A DNA stretch of 64,000 nucleotides from Candidatus Hydrogenedentota bacterium. GTDB taxonomy: Bacteria > Hydrogenedentota > Hydrogenedentia > Hydrogenedentales > CAILVY01. How positions within the stretch are numbered: the stretch's first letter is position 1; each line of letters starts with the position of its first letter. The stretch lies in NCBI GenBank assembly GCA_903837785.1, contig CAILVY010000137.1:15225-79224 (forward strand). Direction: 5' to 3'. Below the pieces are notes generated by a model. That model was not told where the DNA came from. It saw only the letters and a program-made list of their open reading frames with translations, and ran no database searches. This document shows, one piece after another, positions 18,516-28,104 of this stretch. The position numbers and the translations under genes are program-made.

Positions 18516-19571
18516 CTAGCCGCGCCCGTTCGCGATGCGCACTTCGCGTCCGGTCCGCCCGGACTGATAGATCGCGTGAACGACGTCGACCGCGTGCCGG
18601 GCCGAGGCCAACGGGATCATCGGCGTCCGATCCTCGCGCACGGCCCGGCTCATGTCCTCCACGAGCAGCGTGTGCCCATCGGAAGAGATGGCCATGGGAT
18701 CGCTGGCGGCCCCCGTGCCCACCCGCTCTCCAAATCGCGCGTTCATCCGTTCCCGTTCTTTCGGTGAGCCCATCTCGTACATCTCGAGCGTGTCGCCCCG
18801 TTTCCGGAAGGAGCCCTTCGTGCCGAAGCAATGGAACTGCTGCGCGTTTTCCGGTTGTGCGCACGTCGTCGTGAAGATCGTGCCCAAGGCCCCGCACGCG
18901 AACCTGACGCACGCCACCGTGTGGTCTTCGGCCTCGATATCGTGGCCTTGCACGGCGTGAAATCCGCAGACCCGCTCGATCGGCCCGCCGAAATACGTCA
19001 TCAGGTCGATCGTGTGGATCCCCTGATTCATCATGCTGCCGCCGCCATCGAGCTTCCACGTGCCGCGCCAAGTCCCGTGCGGCCCCGAGTAGTAGGCCGC
19101 ACCGCGGAACCACGGGAGGCCCGCATGCACCCCCAGCACCTTGCCCATGCTGCCCCGGTCGATGGCCTTTTTCAGCGCCAGATTGCATGCATCGAGGCGC
19201 AATTGAAGGATGCAGCCGCACTTCAGGCCGGACGCCGCCACCGCCGACTCGAGTCTGCCGATGCGCGCGGGCGTGATGTCGATCGGCTTCTCCATCATCA
19301 GGTGCTTGCCCGCCCGCACGGCCTGGACGCCCATTGCGGCGTGATAGCCGCTTTCCGTGACGATGTTCACCACGTCCACTTCCGGGTCGCCCAGCACGTC
19401 CCGGTACCGGCGATAGGCCTTGCAGCCGTACTGCGCCGCCAGCGGCCGCACCCGAGACTCGTCCAGATCGCACACCGCCAGCAGGCGCGCCCCCTTCGCC
19501 GCCGCTATCGCCTTGCAGTGATGACTGCCCATGCCCAGGCCCACCACCGCGAAGTTCACTGCTTTCGCCAT
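18516..19571 (-). CDS. Gfo/Idh/MocA family oxidoreductase
   Basis: The segment NFAVVGLGMGSHHCKAI...EKPID is the NAD(P)-binding Rossmann and EKP motif of this family. The start is taken at M 19571 (MAKAVNF). Confidence 0.8.
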   Translation of the reverse strand: MAKAVNFAVVGLGMGSHHCKAIAAAKGARLLAVCDLDESRVRPLAAQYGCKAYRRYRDVLGDPEVDVVNIVTESGYHAAMGVQAVRAGKHLMMEKPIDITPARIGRLESAVAASGLKCGCILQLRLDACNLALKKAIDRGSMGKVLGVHAGLPWFRGAAYYSGPHGTWRGTWKLDGGGSMMNQGIHTIDLMTYFGGPIERVCGFHAVQGHDIEAEDHTVACVRFACGALGTIFTTTCAQPENAQQFHCFGTKGSFRKRGDTLEMYEMGSPKERERMNARFGERVGTGAASDPMAISSDGHTLLVEDMSRAVREDRTPMIPLASARHAVDVVHAIYQSGRTGREVRIANGRG

Positions 19572-19703
19572 GTCATCCACCTTTCCAAGCACACGATGGG
19601 CGCATAGTCTACGGCGGGGGCGCCCCCCGTTCAAGGATTCATTCCGCGCCGGCCCAAACGTACAGCGCAAGCGCCGAAGGGGCTTTCGTGGCAGGCTGGG
19701 CAC

Positions 19704-20828
19704 TTATCCCATCAGCAGCATAAGGCCGGGCAGGAGTACCTCGCCGAAGCCTTCTGTGTGTTCGGCGGGCTTCCAGGGCACGCGCAGATCGTCCAGGCGC
19801 GCGCCATCCAACTGGATTCTGTCTTCCCAGATCTGGCCGAGGCCCTGATTGTACGCCATCATCAGATGCCTCACCCGGGAGACGTCATGGCTGATGACGC
19901 GGGCGGCCGTCGCGTCGGCTGCCGCCAGATCCGTGCTCGCCAGCAACAGCCAGTCGCCGAGACGCTCGCGCATGTCAACCGTGCTGCCCCACCACCCGGG
20001 CAGCACATGCGGCCCGTTGCCTTCGCAACAAATCGAGCAGTCGACGATCGTGAAGTCCGGCCTGACCGCCTTGGCGATGTCAATAAAGGACTGCTCAATG
20101 CCGGCATCATGGAGCAGAAAGCGCCACTGAATGCCGAGGCCGTAGCGATCCGTCGAGGTTACGCCCACGAAGTTCTTCAATGATGCGGTGACCTGAGTCC
20201 ATCGATGACTCTTGATGACGGGGATGGAGATGATCCTGTCCGCGCGATGGACCAGGCTCGATATGTACAACTTGCCCAGCTTCGTGTACGGCGACGGAAT
20301 CGGATCCCATTCCGGCGAGTCCGCGTTCAGGCACGCCAGTGTCACGCGCTGATTGGGGTATGCGCTGCGCAGGCGTTCAGCCTCGTCCGCCATGTTCGCC
20401 GCGCCGTCCAACGTGATGATCTTCTTCCAGGAGTACGTCTTCGCCTGGCCCGCATCGCCGATGATGACCTCGGCCGCACCCGCCTTCAGGCATTCCTCGG
20501 CCACCGTGGCGACAATTTCGGGTTTCGCGCAGTCGCCGGCGGCAACCGCGTCATATTTAACCATCCCCACCGCGCCGAAATTGGGCTTGATGAAGACTGT
20601 TTCGCCGGGCTGGACGATGGCCCCGGCCCCGCCGAAGCGGTCCAGCGCTTCGCGCGTCATCTCGCGAAGATCGCGTCCGCGAACCGCGGCCACACGAGCC
20701 GGGCGATCCACGGGAGCCACGGGCGGCAGCGGAACCGCGGGACATCCCGTCAGGGTCTCTGCCATGCCCCCGGCCAGGACTGCGCCTGTCCCCCGGCCCA
20801 GAAACTGCCTCCGCGTGCACGCTCGCAT
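19704..20828 (-). CDS. Tat-exported DUF362 domain protein
   Basis: The twin-arginine motif is TRRQFLGRGTGAVLAG. DUF362-like motifs are VFIKPNF and DCSICCEGNGP. The stop abuts the downstream Gfo/Idh/MocA ORF at 19703/19704. Confidence 0.6.
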   Translation of the reverse strand: MRACTRRQFLGRGTGAVLAGGMAETLTGCPAVPLPPVAPVDRPARVAAVRGRDLREMTREALDRFGGAGAIVQPGETVFIKPNFGAVGMVKYDAVAAGDCAKPEIVATVAEECLKAGAAEVIIGDAGQAKTYSWKKIITLDGAANMADEAERLRSAYPNQRVTLACLNADSPEWDPIPSPYTKLGKLYISSLVHRADRIISIPVIKSHRWTQVTASLKNFVGVTSTDRYGLGIQWRFLLHDAGIEQSFIDIAKAVRPDFTIVDCSICCEGNGPHVLPGWWGSTVDMRERLGDWLLLASTDLAAADATAARVISHDVSRVRHLMMAYNQGLGQIWEDRIQLDGARLDDLRVPWKPAEHTEGFGEVLLPGLMLLMG

Positions 20829-20959
20829 GGCTTGCCTCCTGCTGGAATGCATGACACACTCTTTCGCCCGCCCGAAACCCTGCGCAGGCGTGAAAGCATC
20901 ATAGAGAGGCCGGGTAATCCTGTCAACGGCGTGCCCGCGGCGAGTCCCGAAGCTCAGAC

Positions 20960-23830
20960 TCAGCTGTCGAGCACCTGGCGCACCTTCGTCAGCAGCCCGT
21001 GCGCCGAAAAGGGTTTGGGGAGGAAATTCATCCCCTCATCCAGCACGCCGTGATGCGTGATGATGTCCCCCGTGTATCCGGACATGTAGAGCACTTTGAT
21101 TTCCGGGCAGATCTCCGCGATCTTCCCGTAGACTTGCTGGCCGTTCATCCGCGGCATAATCACGTCCGTCAGCAGAATATGCAGGTTCCCGGCGCGTTCC
21201 GTCGCGGCGGCGAAGGCCTGTTCCGGCGTCTCCGCCTCGATGACTTCGTAACCGCCGCCCGCGAGCACCTCGCGCGCCAGCCCGCGGACCATCGGATCGT
21301 CCTCGATGAGCAACACAGTTTCCGATCCGCCCTTGGATTCCCGGATCGGCGCGAGCGCCTCCTGGCCCTCGTTCTCGCGCGACCGCGGAAAGAAGATCTT
21401 GAAGGTTGTGCCCTGCCCCGGCTCGCTGTACACCCAGATGTTCCCGCCATGCTGATTTACGATGCCATACACCGTGGCCAAGCCCAGCCCGGTTCCCTTG
21501 CCCGCTTCCTTCGTCGTGAAGAACGGCTCGAAGATGTTCCGCCGGACCTCCGCGGTCATGCCGCAGCCCGTATCGCTCACCGCCAGCATGACATATTCCC
21601 CCGGAAGCAAGCCCGCGTGATCCCGGACGTACTGCTCGTCGAGGTACATGTTGCTCGTCTCGATGCTCAGGGTCCCCCCGTTCGGCATTGCGTCCCGAGC
21701 GTTCACCGCCAGATTCATGAGGATCTGTTCGATTTGAGATTTGTCAGCCTTGATCGGCCCGGGCGAAGGCGCCAGCCCAATGTGCAATTCGACGTCTTCT
21801 CCTATCATCCGCCGCAACATCTTCTCAAAATTCGTGATGAGCACATTCAGATTCACCTGGGTCATCTCGAGCACTTGCTTGCGGCTGAACGCCAGCAATT
21901 GCCGGGTCAAGTCCGCCGCCCGCTCCCCCGCCTGATTGATCTGCTTCAGATGGCCGTAGAGCGGGACGCCCTGATCGATGTTCAGCATGGCCATCTCGGA
22001 ATAGCCCAGGATAGGGGAGAGCAGATTGTTGAAATCATGCGCCACCCCGCCTGCCAGGCGCCCAATCGCCTCCATCTTGCGGACCTGACGCAATTGCTCC
22101 TCCAGGGCCAGTTCCCGGCTCACGTCGCGCATCACCGCCACGAAATGGGCGATTTCCCCCGCGTTATTCCGCACGGGGGAAAGGGTGGTCTTCTCCTCGA
22201 ACTCCGTTCCGTCCTTCTTCCGGTTCACCACGCTGCCGCTCCAACCGTCGCCGCACGCGGCAAGAACGCGCACCCGTTCGTAGAAATCGTTCTCTTGCGC
22301 GGCGCTCTTCAGCAGCGTGATGCTCCGCCCGATGCTCTCCGAGTTCGCATAGCCCGTGGTCCGCTCAAAGGCCGGATTCACATACTCGATGATTCCGTTC
22401 GTATCCATGATGACGATGTTCTCGTCCAGCTGATCCAGGGCCGTCGCAAGCAGCAGCCGCTGATGCTCGCTCTGCTTGCGCTTCGTAATATCCACGCAAT
22501 TCACCACCACGCCCGTGACGACCCCGTCCTCCAAACGAACGGGCGTGGCGCTGTTCAGGAGCGTGCGGCCATCGGGCAGGTTCACTTCGCCATAGCAGGG
22601 CTCGCCGCTCTGAATCGCCCTGGGCACGGGACAACCGGGGCAGGGGCCCTCGGAACGGCCCCGCAGCACGTAGCAGAATTCCCCGTGAACCTCGCCCTCC
22701 TGCGCCTGGAACGTTTCGAACGCGGACCGGTTCGACCAGACCACCCGCATCTCGCTGTCCACATAGTGCACCAAGTCTTGTGTGGCCTCCAGACGAGCCA
22801 GCATCCCCACGTTGTGCGACGTAAGCGCCGCCTCCGCCTGCGCCCGTTTCGTGATGTCGTTCAGCACCACCGTGATTCCCGAGAACTTCTCGCTTACGTC
22901 CAACATGCGTTTCAACGTGATCTCGTATTGACGGGGACCTTCGCTTGTCCCGAGCGTTCGCTCAAAGACCAGTTGGTTCATGTCCTTGTGAAGCATGTGC
23001 TCGACTTCATCTTCGAGCCAGAGCAACCGCTCCGGGACTTCTTCTTCGGCATAGTATTGGGCGCCAGGAGCCTTCCAGCGATGGGCAAGAGACGCCGCGG
23101 CATGATTCATGACCTCGATGCGGCCGGTGGAATCGAGCAGGATGATGGGCGGAAACAGGCTCTCGAATATCGTCAGGTACTTGTTCTTCTCGTTGGCGAG
23201 CGTCCGATTCACGGCGCACAGCTCCGTGATCCGGTGATCATTGGACTCGGACATCCACTCCGTGAGAAAGCCCAATTCAATCCGGTCGAAGTAGCGCGTC
23301 ACAAAGAGGCGGCTCCACTCTTCCGCCGCGCGATCCATCGTCGCGCTCAGCACCAAATCCACATAACTTTGCCGGACGTACTTTGTCAGGCCGAGGAACA
23401 AACCCGCATCCACCCCGCGCGCCCGGTGGCGTTGGGCCTCCAGAATGCCGAACGCGGCAATCGGATCTTCCCGGAAATCCTCGTCTGAATTCAGCTCAGG
23501 AATCCCGGGATACGTCTCCAGCGCTTCAAGCAAGCCCAGCGAAAGCCCGTTCACGATCAATCGCCACGCCTCCTCCAACGTGGGAGTGTAGCGCGTATAG
23601 CCGCGCTCCTTCGCATAATGCAGTATCCGTTTCGTGAGAAAGTCGCTGGATTGGCGCACGAGCCCGCTCAATCGCGCCTCGGCCGCAGGGGGCGCCGGGA
23701 GCACGGACGCAGCATTGTCCTGTGAAGAAATTGATGCCGACACCTCGAACCGCCTTTCGCAAAGCGCGTTATCCGCCCGCGCAAACCATCCTTTTGAGAC
23801 ACCTCGATGTCTGGAACATCGCCCCCGCAC
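20960..23830 (-). CDS. hybrid sensor histidine kinase (multi-PAS, HisKA, HATPase_c, C-terminal REC)
   Basis: The H-box is AHDFNNLLSPILGYSEM. HATPase N/G boxes are present (NLAVNARDAM...DTGCGM...GTGLGLA). The receiver (LLIEDDPMVRGL...LLTDVIMPRMNG...KPF) has the conserved Asp. The start codon is uncertain. Confidence 0.85.
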   Translation of the reverse strand: MRGRCSRHRGVSKGWFARADNALCERRFEVSASISSQDNAASVLPAPPAAEARLSGLVRQSSDFLTKRILHYAKERGYTRYTPTLEEAWRLIVNGLSLGLLEALETYPGIPELNSDEDFREDPIAAFGILEAQRHRARGVDAGLFLGLTKYVRQSYVDLVLSATMDRAAEEWSRLFVTRYFDRIELGFLTEWMSESNDHRITELCAVNRTLANEKNKYLTIFESLFPPIILLDSTGRIEVMNHAAASLAHRWKAPGAQYYAEEEVPERLLWLEDEVEHMLHKDMNQLVFERTLGTSEGPRQYEITLKRMLDVSEKFSGITVVLNDITKRAQAEAALTSHNVGMLARLEATQDLVHYVDSEMRVVWSNRSAFETFQAQEGEVHGEFCYVLRGRSEGPCPGCPVPRAIQSGEPCYGEVNLPDGRTLLNSATPVRLEDGVVTGVVVNCVDITKRKQSEHQRLLLATALDQLDENIVIMDTNGIIEYVNPAFERTTGYANSESIGRSITLLKSAAQENDFYERVRVLAACGDGWSGSVVNRKKDGTEFEEKTTLSPVRNNAGEIAHFVAVMRDVSRELALEEQLRQVRKMEAIGRLAGGVAHDFNNLLSPILGYSEMAMLNIDQGVPLYGHLKQINQAGERAADLTRQLLAFSRKQVLEMTQVNLNVLITNFEKMLRRMIGEDVELHIGLAPSPGPIKADKSQIEQILMNLAVNARDAMPNGGTLSIETSNMYLDEQYVRDHAGLLPGEYVMLAVSDTGCGMTAEVRRNIFEPFFTTKEAGKGTGLGLATVYGIVNQHGGNIWVYSEPGQGTTFKIFFPRSRENEGQEALAPIRESKGGSETVLLIEDDPMVRGLAREVLAGGGYEVIEAETPEQAFAAATERAGNLHILLTDVIMPRMNGQQVYGKIAEICPEIKVLYMSGYTGDIITHHGVLDEGMNFLPKPFSAHGLLTKVRQVLDS

Positions 23831-24097
23831 TTTGTGTTCCGCCCCGCGCGCGTTGCCGCCCCGCCAAGGCCTTCCCGGCTTTGGTCCGTATCAGTTCGCA
23901 TTCTTGTTTGGCACGGAAGAACGATCCCAAACCCAGATTAGCCCGGCGCCAATCCGACTTCCCGGCGTTTGTTCCCATGCCCGCCGCGTGGATATACTTG
24001 ACACAGAGGCAGCAAAGAGCAAAGACGGCCGAGCGGCCCGATGATGCCAAAGCCGTCTTGGCTCGAACAGCAATCAGACGAAGGGAATGCCCGGATG

Positions 24098-25168
24098 AGC
24101 AAAGTGGCGGTACTGAAGACTTCCCCGGCCACCGTGATTGACGATTACAAGCGCCTGATGGACTTGGCGGAGTTGCCGAAGCACATTCCCAAGGACCGCC
24201 CGGTGATCCTGAAAGATAACATCTCCTGGCATTTCATGTATCCGGGGGCGAATACCACGCCATGGCAGTTGGAGGCGGTCATCCAATATCTGCAAGACCA
24301 CGGCTATCGCGAGATCTCGGCCGTCCACAACAAGACCGTCGTGATCAACGCGCCCAAAGGGCAGCGCCTGAACCATCTGGACTCCGTATATCGGAAATAC
24401 GGCATCAAGGAATTGATGAACTATGATCCCCGCGATGTGCGCTGGGTGAAATACGAGCCGAAAGCGAAGATGCTTGCCCTCGACAAGATCTTCCCCGAAG
24501 GCATCCACATCCCCGACTACTTCATCGGAAAGAGCATCATCCACCTGCCGACCGTGAAATGCCACATCTACACCACGATGACCGGGGCAATGAAGAACGC
24601 CTTCGGCGGGCTCCTCAACACGAAGCGGCACTACACCCACTCGATGATCCATGAGACGCTCTGCGATCTGCTCGCCATCCAGCAGGAAATCCACACGGGC
24701 ATCTTCGCCGTGATGGACGGCACCACCTGCGGGGACGGCCCCGGCCCCCGCTGCATGGTTCCCGTCGAGCGGGACTACCTCCTCGCGAGCGCCGATTCCG
24801 TGGCCATCGACTGCGTCTCCACGCACCTCATGGGCCTCAATCCCCACGCCGTCAAATGCGTATGGCTCGCGCACGATCTTGGACTAGGCACGGGCAAATT
24901 CGACGAGATCGAAATTGCCGGTGAGGACATCCGCGACGTGAACTTCGGGTTCGATGTCGGCGCGACCTTTGCCAGCCACGTCGGGCATCTCACCTGGTTC
25001 GGACCGCTCAAGCGCCTTCAGCGCCTCTTCTTCCACACGCCGCTCGTGAACGTCTTCATCCTCGGCTCGTACCTCTATCACGATTACTACTGGTACCGCT
25101 TCAAAGGACTCTCGCGCGTCCGCGAATGGATGAAGACCCCGTGGGGACAGTTGTTCCAGCAGTATTGA
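24098..25168 (+). CDS. DUF362 domain protein (cytoplasmic paralog)
   Basis: VILKDNISW and DGTTCGDGPGP parallel the motifs of the 19704..20828 paralog. The start is taken at M 24098 (MSKVAVLK). The track ORF begins at 24041. Confidence 0.55.
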   Translation, partial: SKVAVLKTSPATVIDDYKRLMDLAELPKHIPKDRPVILKDNISWHFMYPGANTTPWQLEAVIQYLQDHGYREISAVHNKTVVINAPKGQRLNHLDSVYRKYGIKELMNYDPRDVRWVKYEPKAKMLALDKIFPEGIHIPDYFIGKSIIHLPTVKCHIYTTMTGAMKNAFGGLLNTKRHYTHSMIHETLCDLLAIQQEIHTGIFAVMDGTTCGDGPGPRCMVPVERDYLLASADSVAIDCVSTHLMGLNPHAVKCVWLAHDLGLGTGKFDEIEIAGEDIRDVNFGFDVGATFASHVGHLTWFGPLKRLQRLFFHTPLVNVFILGSYLYHDYYWYRFKGLSRVREWMKTPWGQLFQQY

Positions 25169-25187
25169 CCTCGGGGCGCTCCGCAGC

Positions 25188-26486
25188 CTATCCGAGCTTC
25201 CAGGGCGCGCGGTATTCGTAGTGCAGCAGCGCGTTCGCGGCGTCGTTGTTCGTGATGCGCTCTGCTTGGGCGTCCCACTCGATGCGGGCCTTCGACGCCA
25301 GCGCAATATTGCCCAGATGTGCGAAGATCGTCGAGCGGTGCCCCTCCTCCACGTCGGCCCTCGGCTTTTCGCGCGACTTGACGCAGTCCAGGAAATTGCG
25401 CATGTGCTCCGTCGTGAGATCCCCCTTGTCCGGCGACTTCACGTCCATGGCTTCCATGCGCACCTTCTCGTCCTGGAACTGTCCCCCGCGGTCCGGCACG
25501 ACCTGGCAGCCGTTATCCATGACGTAGAGCGTGCCCTGTGTTCCCCGCAATTCCACCTCGGAATTCCGCGGAAACGGATTCGTGCTGTTCCCTTCGTACT
25601 GCCCGAAGATCAACAGGCGGCCCGACGCAAACTCGTACGTGGCCTGCATCGTGTCGGGGATCGTGCGGTCGTCATCCACCACATACTTGCCGCCCAGCGC
25701 CGTGACCGCGACGGGCGCCTCTTCGCCCAGCATCCAGCGAATAATGTCGAAATAATGAACGCCCCAGTTGCCGATCTGCGAAGAGTACTCTTTCCACCAC
25801 CGGAACTTGTACGGCGTGATGTTGTCTTGATACGGCCGCGCCGCCTGCGGCCCGACCCACATGTCCCAGTCGAGTTCCTTGGGCGGCTCGCTCGGCTGCA
25901 TCTTGCCAATGCCGTTCGGCGCCATGTTGTTCAGCCGGTAGCAATGCGCCACCGTCACTTTCCCGATGCCGCCCTGCCCGAGAAACCCGCCCAACTCCGA
26001 GAACAGTTTGCCGGAACGCCGGTGCAGCCCCACCTGCACGACCCGCTCATGCTGCCGGGCCGCCGCAACCATGCGCCGCCCCTCATGGATCGTCAGGGAG
26101 AGCGGTTTCTCCACATACACGTCCTTGCCCGCGGCGCAGGCATCAACCGTGATCAGCGCGTGCCAGTGATCCGGCGTCGCGACCACCACTGCGTCGATAT
26201 CCTTGCGTTCGAGCACCTTCCGGTAGTCGCGGTACACATCCACTTTCCCGGGAAGCGCGGCGGCCTGTTTCTCCAGCGGCCGCGCGTCCACGTCGCACAA
26301 GGCCACGATCTCCGCGTCCGCATGCGGCAGGGTGGCCTTGATGAGCTGGCCGCCGCGGTTGGCGACCCCGATGCAGGCGAGCCGAACGCGTTCGTTCGCG
26401 CCGTGGCTCCGTCCTGACGCCATGCTCGCGGCCGCGGCCGCCATCGTCGCCTGAACAAATCGCCTGCGGCTGATCTCGTGTGTCAT
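25188..26486 (-). CDS. Tat-exported Gfo/Idh/MocA family oxidoreductase
   Basis: The Tat leader is MTHEISRRRFVQATMAAAAASMA. It is followed by the Rossmann segment RLACIGVANRGG...EKPLS. Confidence 0.8.
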   Translation of the reverse strand: MTHEISRRRFVQATMAAAAASMASGRSHGANERVRLACIGVANRGGQLIKATLPHADAEIVALCDVDARPLEKQAAALPGKVDVYRDYRKVLERKDIDAVVVATPDHWHALITVDACAAGKDVYVEKPLSLTIHEGRRMVAAARQHERVVQVGLHRRSGKLFSELGGFLGQGGIGKVTVAHCYRLNNMAPNGIGKMQPSEPPKELDWDMWVGPQAARPYQDNITPYKFRWWKEYSSQIGNWGVHYFDIIRWMLGEEAPVAVTALGGKYVVDDDRTIPDTMQATYEFASGRLLIFGQYEGNSTNPFPRNSEVELRGTQGTLYVMDNGCQVVPDRGGQFQDEKVRMEAMDVKSPDKGDLTTEHMRNFLDCVKSREKPRADVEEGHRSTIFAHLGNIALASKARIEWDAQAERITNNDAANALLHYEYRAPWKLG

Positions 26487-26560
26487 CTTCTCCATCCTTT
26501 CCCGTCGCACAGACCCTGTCTGCGAGATTCGTCTCCCCAATCTTCACCGGGCCAATTCTG

Positions 26561-28024
26561 TCAGCAATTGCCGCGGATCTCCAATTCGTACAGCTTCGCA
26601 AACGAACGAAGATGTTTCGCGAAGTCGCCGCAGAACAGCACCGGATGATGCCCGGGATATGCGCTGCAAATGTCCTTCACCCCGGTCAGTTCCACCAGCA
26701 CGCGCGTGGCGCAGCCGCCCGCGGGCGGGCACTCGGGCGAAGAAATGACCCGGCCCTGCCACGCATCGAGGCGTTTCTCCCCGGAATGATACTTGCACAG
26801 CGTGACGACCTCGCCTTCCGGCCACTTCACATCGAGCGCAAGCGATTTCGGCAGTTGATGGAAGAAGGGACGCAGCGCATACGGCGCGGGCGGCTTGCCG
26901 GGGCCGTGCAGGTTCGGCGTGCACGTGCAGTGCGCCCCGTAGTAGCGGTTCTCTTCCGTGTCGAACTCCGGATTGTGCTGGAATCCGCCCCGCCCGAACA
27001 TCGCCGTCCCGAGCATGAGCGTGAACGCGGCATTCAGGTCGTTCTCGCACGCCGCGGGAACCAGCGCGCCGTTGTGCAGCGCAAAACTCAGGCAGGGCTT
27101 CCGGTGTTCGAGGAAGAGGCACTCGATCGTAATCGCGTCCGCATTGTGCCGCGCCATCAGCTTCGACACCGCATCGTGGGCCCGCGCCCCGTCGAGAAAC
27201 GCCTTCTCGCTGAGATCGTCCACGCCAAGCGCCCCGGCCCGGACCTGATGCCCCAGCTTGCGCATCGCCTCCGTCACCTCCGTCTGATCGAAGAGATCAT
27301 TGAAATGACTCGCGGGCACTGTGTGGATGGATGTCCCGAACAACGGCTCCGCAGCGTCCGATTCCTCCTTGACTTGTCCCGACACCCGCAGCAGCCGGCT
27401 CTGCGACAGGTAGTTTCTGCCATGGATCGCGCGCAAGCCGCGTTCCAGCGCGTCCCAGTTTTCAATCGAGTGGATGTACAGCACGCGCGGGCTTGTGCGG
27501 AGTTTCTCGGGCGGGAGCTGATGATTGGCGCCCACGGGATGATAGACGATGATGGGGCCCTTGTACGCTTCCATGATGAGCGAAATGCGCGCGCTGAAGC
27601 TGTTCCAGAAGTCAAAGAGCAGCAGCGCATCCGGCTTCGAGCTTTCAATCTCCTTGATGAACGCCCGCGTCATCGCATCCGTGTAGATCGGCACGGCGTC
27701 CAGCGACAGATTCAGATCCAGCCCCTCGGACATCCGCGCGAGTTGCGCCAGGAACTTCGCCTGCTGTTCGTCCGGACGGAACTGGTTGCCCGGCCACGTG
27801 AACCACTTGTGCTCCTTCCACGTGTCCTCGTTCCGGCCCTCGTTGACCACGTCCGCCGGCGGATAGAAGAACGCGCCGCGAATCAGCGCGGGCGTCCGCT
27901 TGCGCGCCACCGGCGCGGTTACCGCGGGCAGCGTCGCACAGGAACTCATATACACCGCGGAGGTGGCGGCGGCCGCCGCCATTGTCGTTTGCACAAAATG
28001 CCTGCGCGTGATCTCGTGTGTCAT
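26561..28024 (-). CDS. Tat-exported hypothetical protein, with a weak resemblance to the L-fucose/L-arabinose isomerase fold
   Basis: The Tat leader MTHEITRRHFVQTTMAAAAATSA is nearly identical to that of the adjacent oxidoreductase. The body shows FFYPPAD...KPDALLLFDFWNS...GPIIVYHPVG and AACENDLNAAFTLMLGTAM. These parallel ALFFGNRGFFP...GVIVCLPNFG and SACEVDVGSAIAMRAL of the isomerase at 10664..12088. The family call is tentative. Confidence 0.35.
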   Translation of the reverse strand: MTHEITRRHFVQTTMAAAAATSAVYMSSCATLPAVTAPVARKRTPALIRGAFFYPPADVVNEGRNEDTWKEHKWFTWPGNQFRPDEQQAKFLAQLARMSEGLDLNLSLDAVPIYTDAMTRAFIKEIESSKPDALLLFDFWNSFSARISLIMEAYKGPIIVYHPVGANHQLPPEKLRTSPRVLYIHSIENWDALERGLRAIHGRNYLSQSRLLRVSGQVKEESDAAEPLFGTSIHTVPASHFNDLFDQTEVTEAMRKLGHQVRAGALGVDDLSEKAFLDGARAHDAVSKLMARHNADAITIECLFLEHRKPCLSFALHNGALVPAACENDLNAAFTLMLGTAMFGRGGFQHNPEFDTEENRYYGAHCTCTPNLHGPGKPPAPYALRPFFHQLPKSLALDVKWPEGEVVTLCKYHSGEKRLDAWQGRVISSPECPPAGGCATRVLVELTGVKDICSAYPGHHPVLFCGDFAKHLRSFAKLYELEIRGNC

Positions 28025-28104
28025 GGCCGGTTCCCTTTCTCCCGTTGTCCCGGAGAACAGGATACACCGGATTGCCGCCCGCTGCATCTTCCACGGCAGC
28101 CGGT

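Noticed and set aside
20999-23488. 829-aa plus-strand ORF
   Set aside because: It is antisense to the hybrid histidine kinase. It is Arg/His/Leu-rich and has no motifs.
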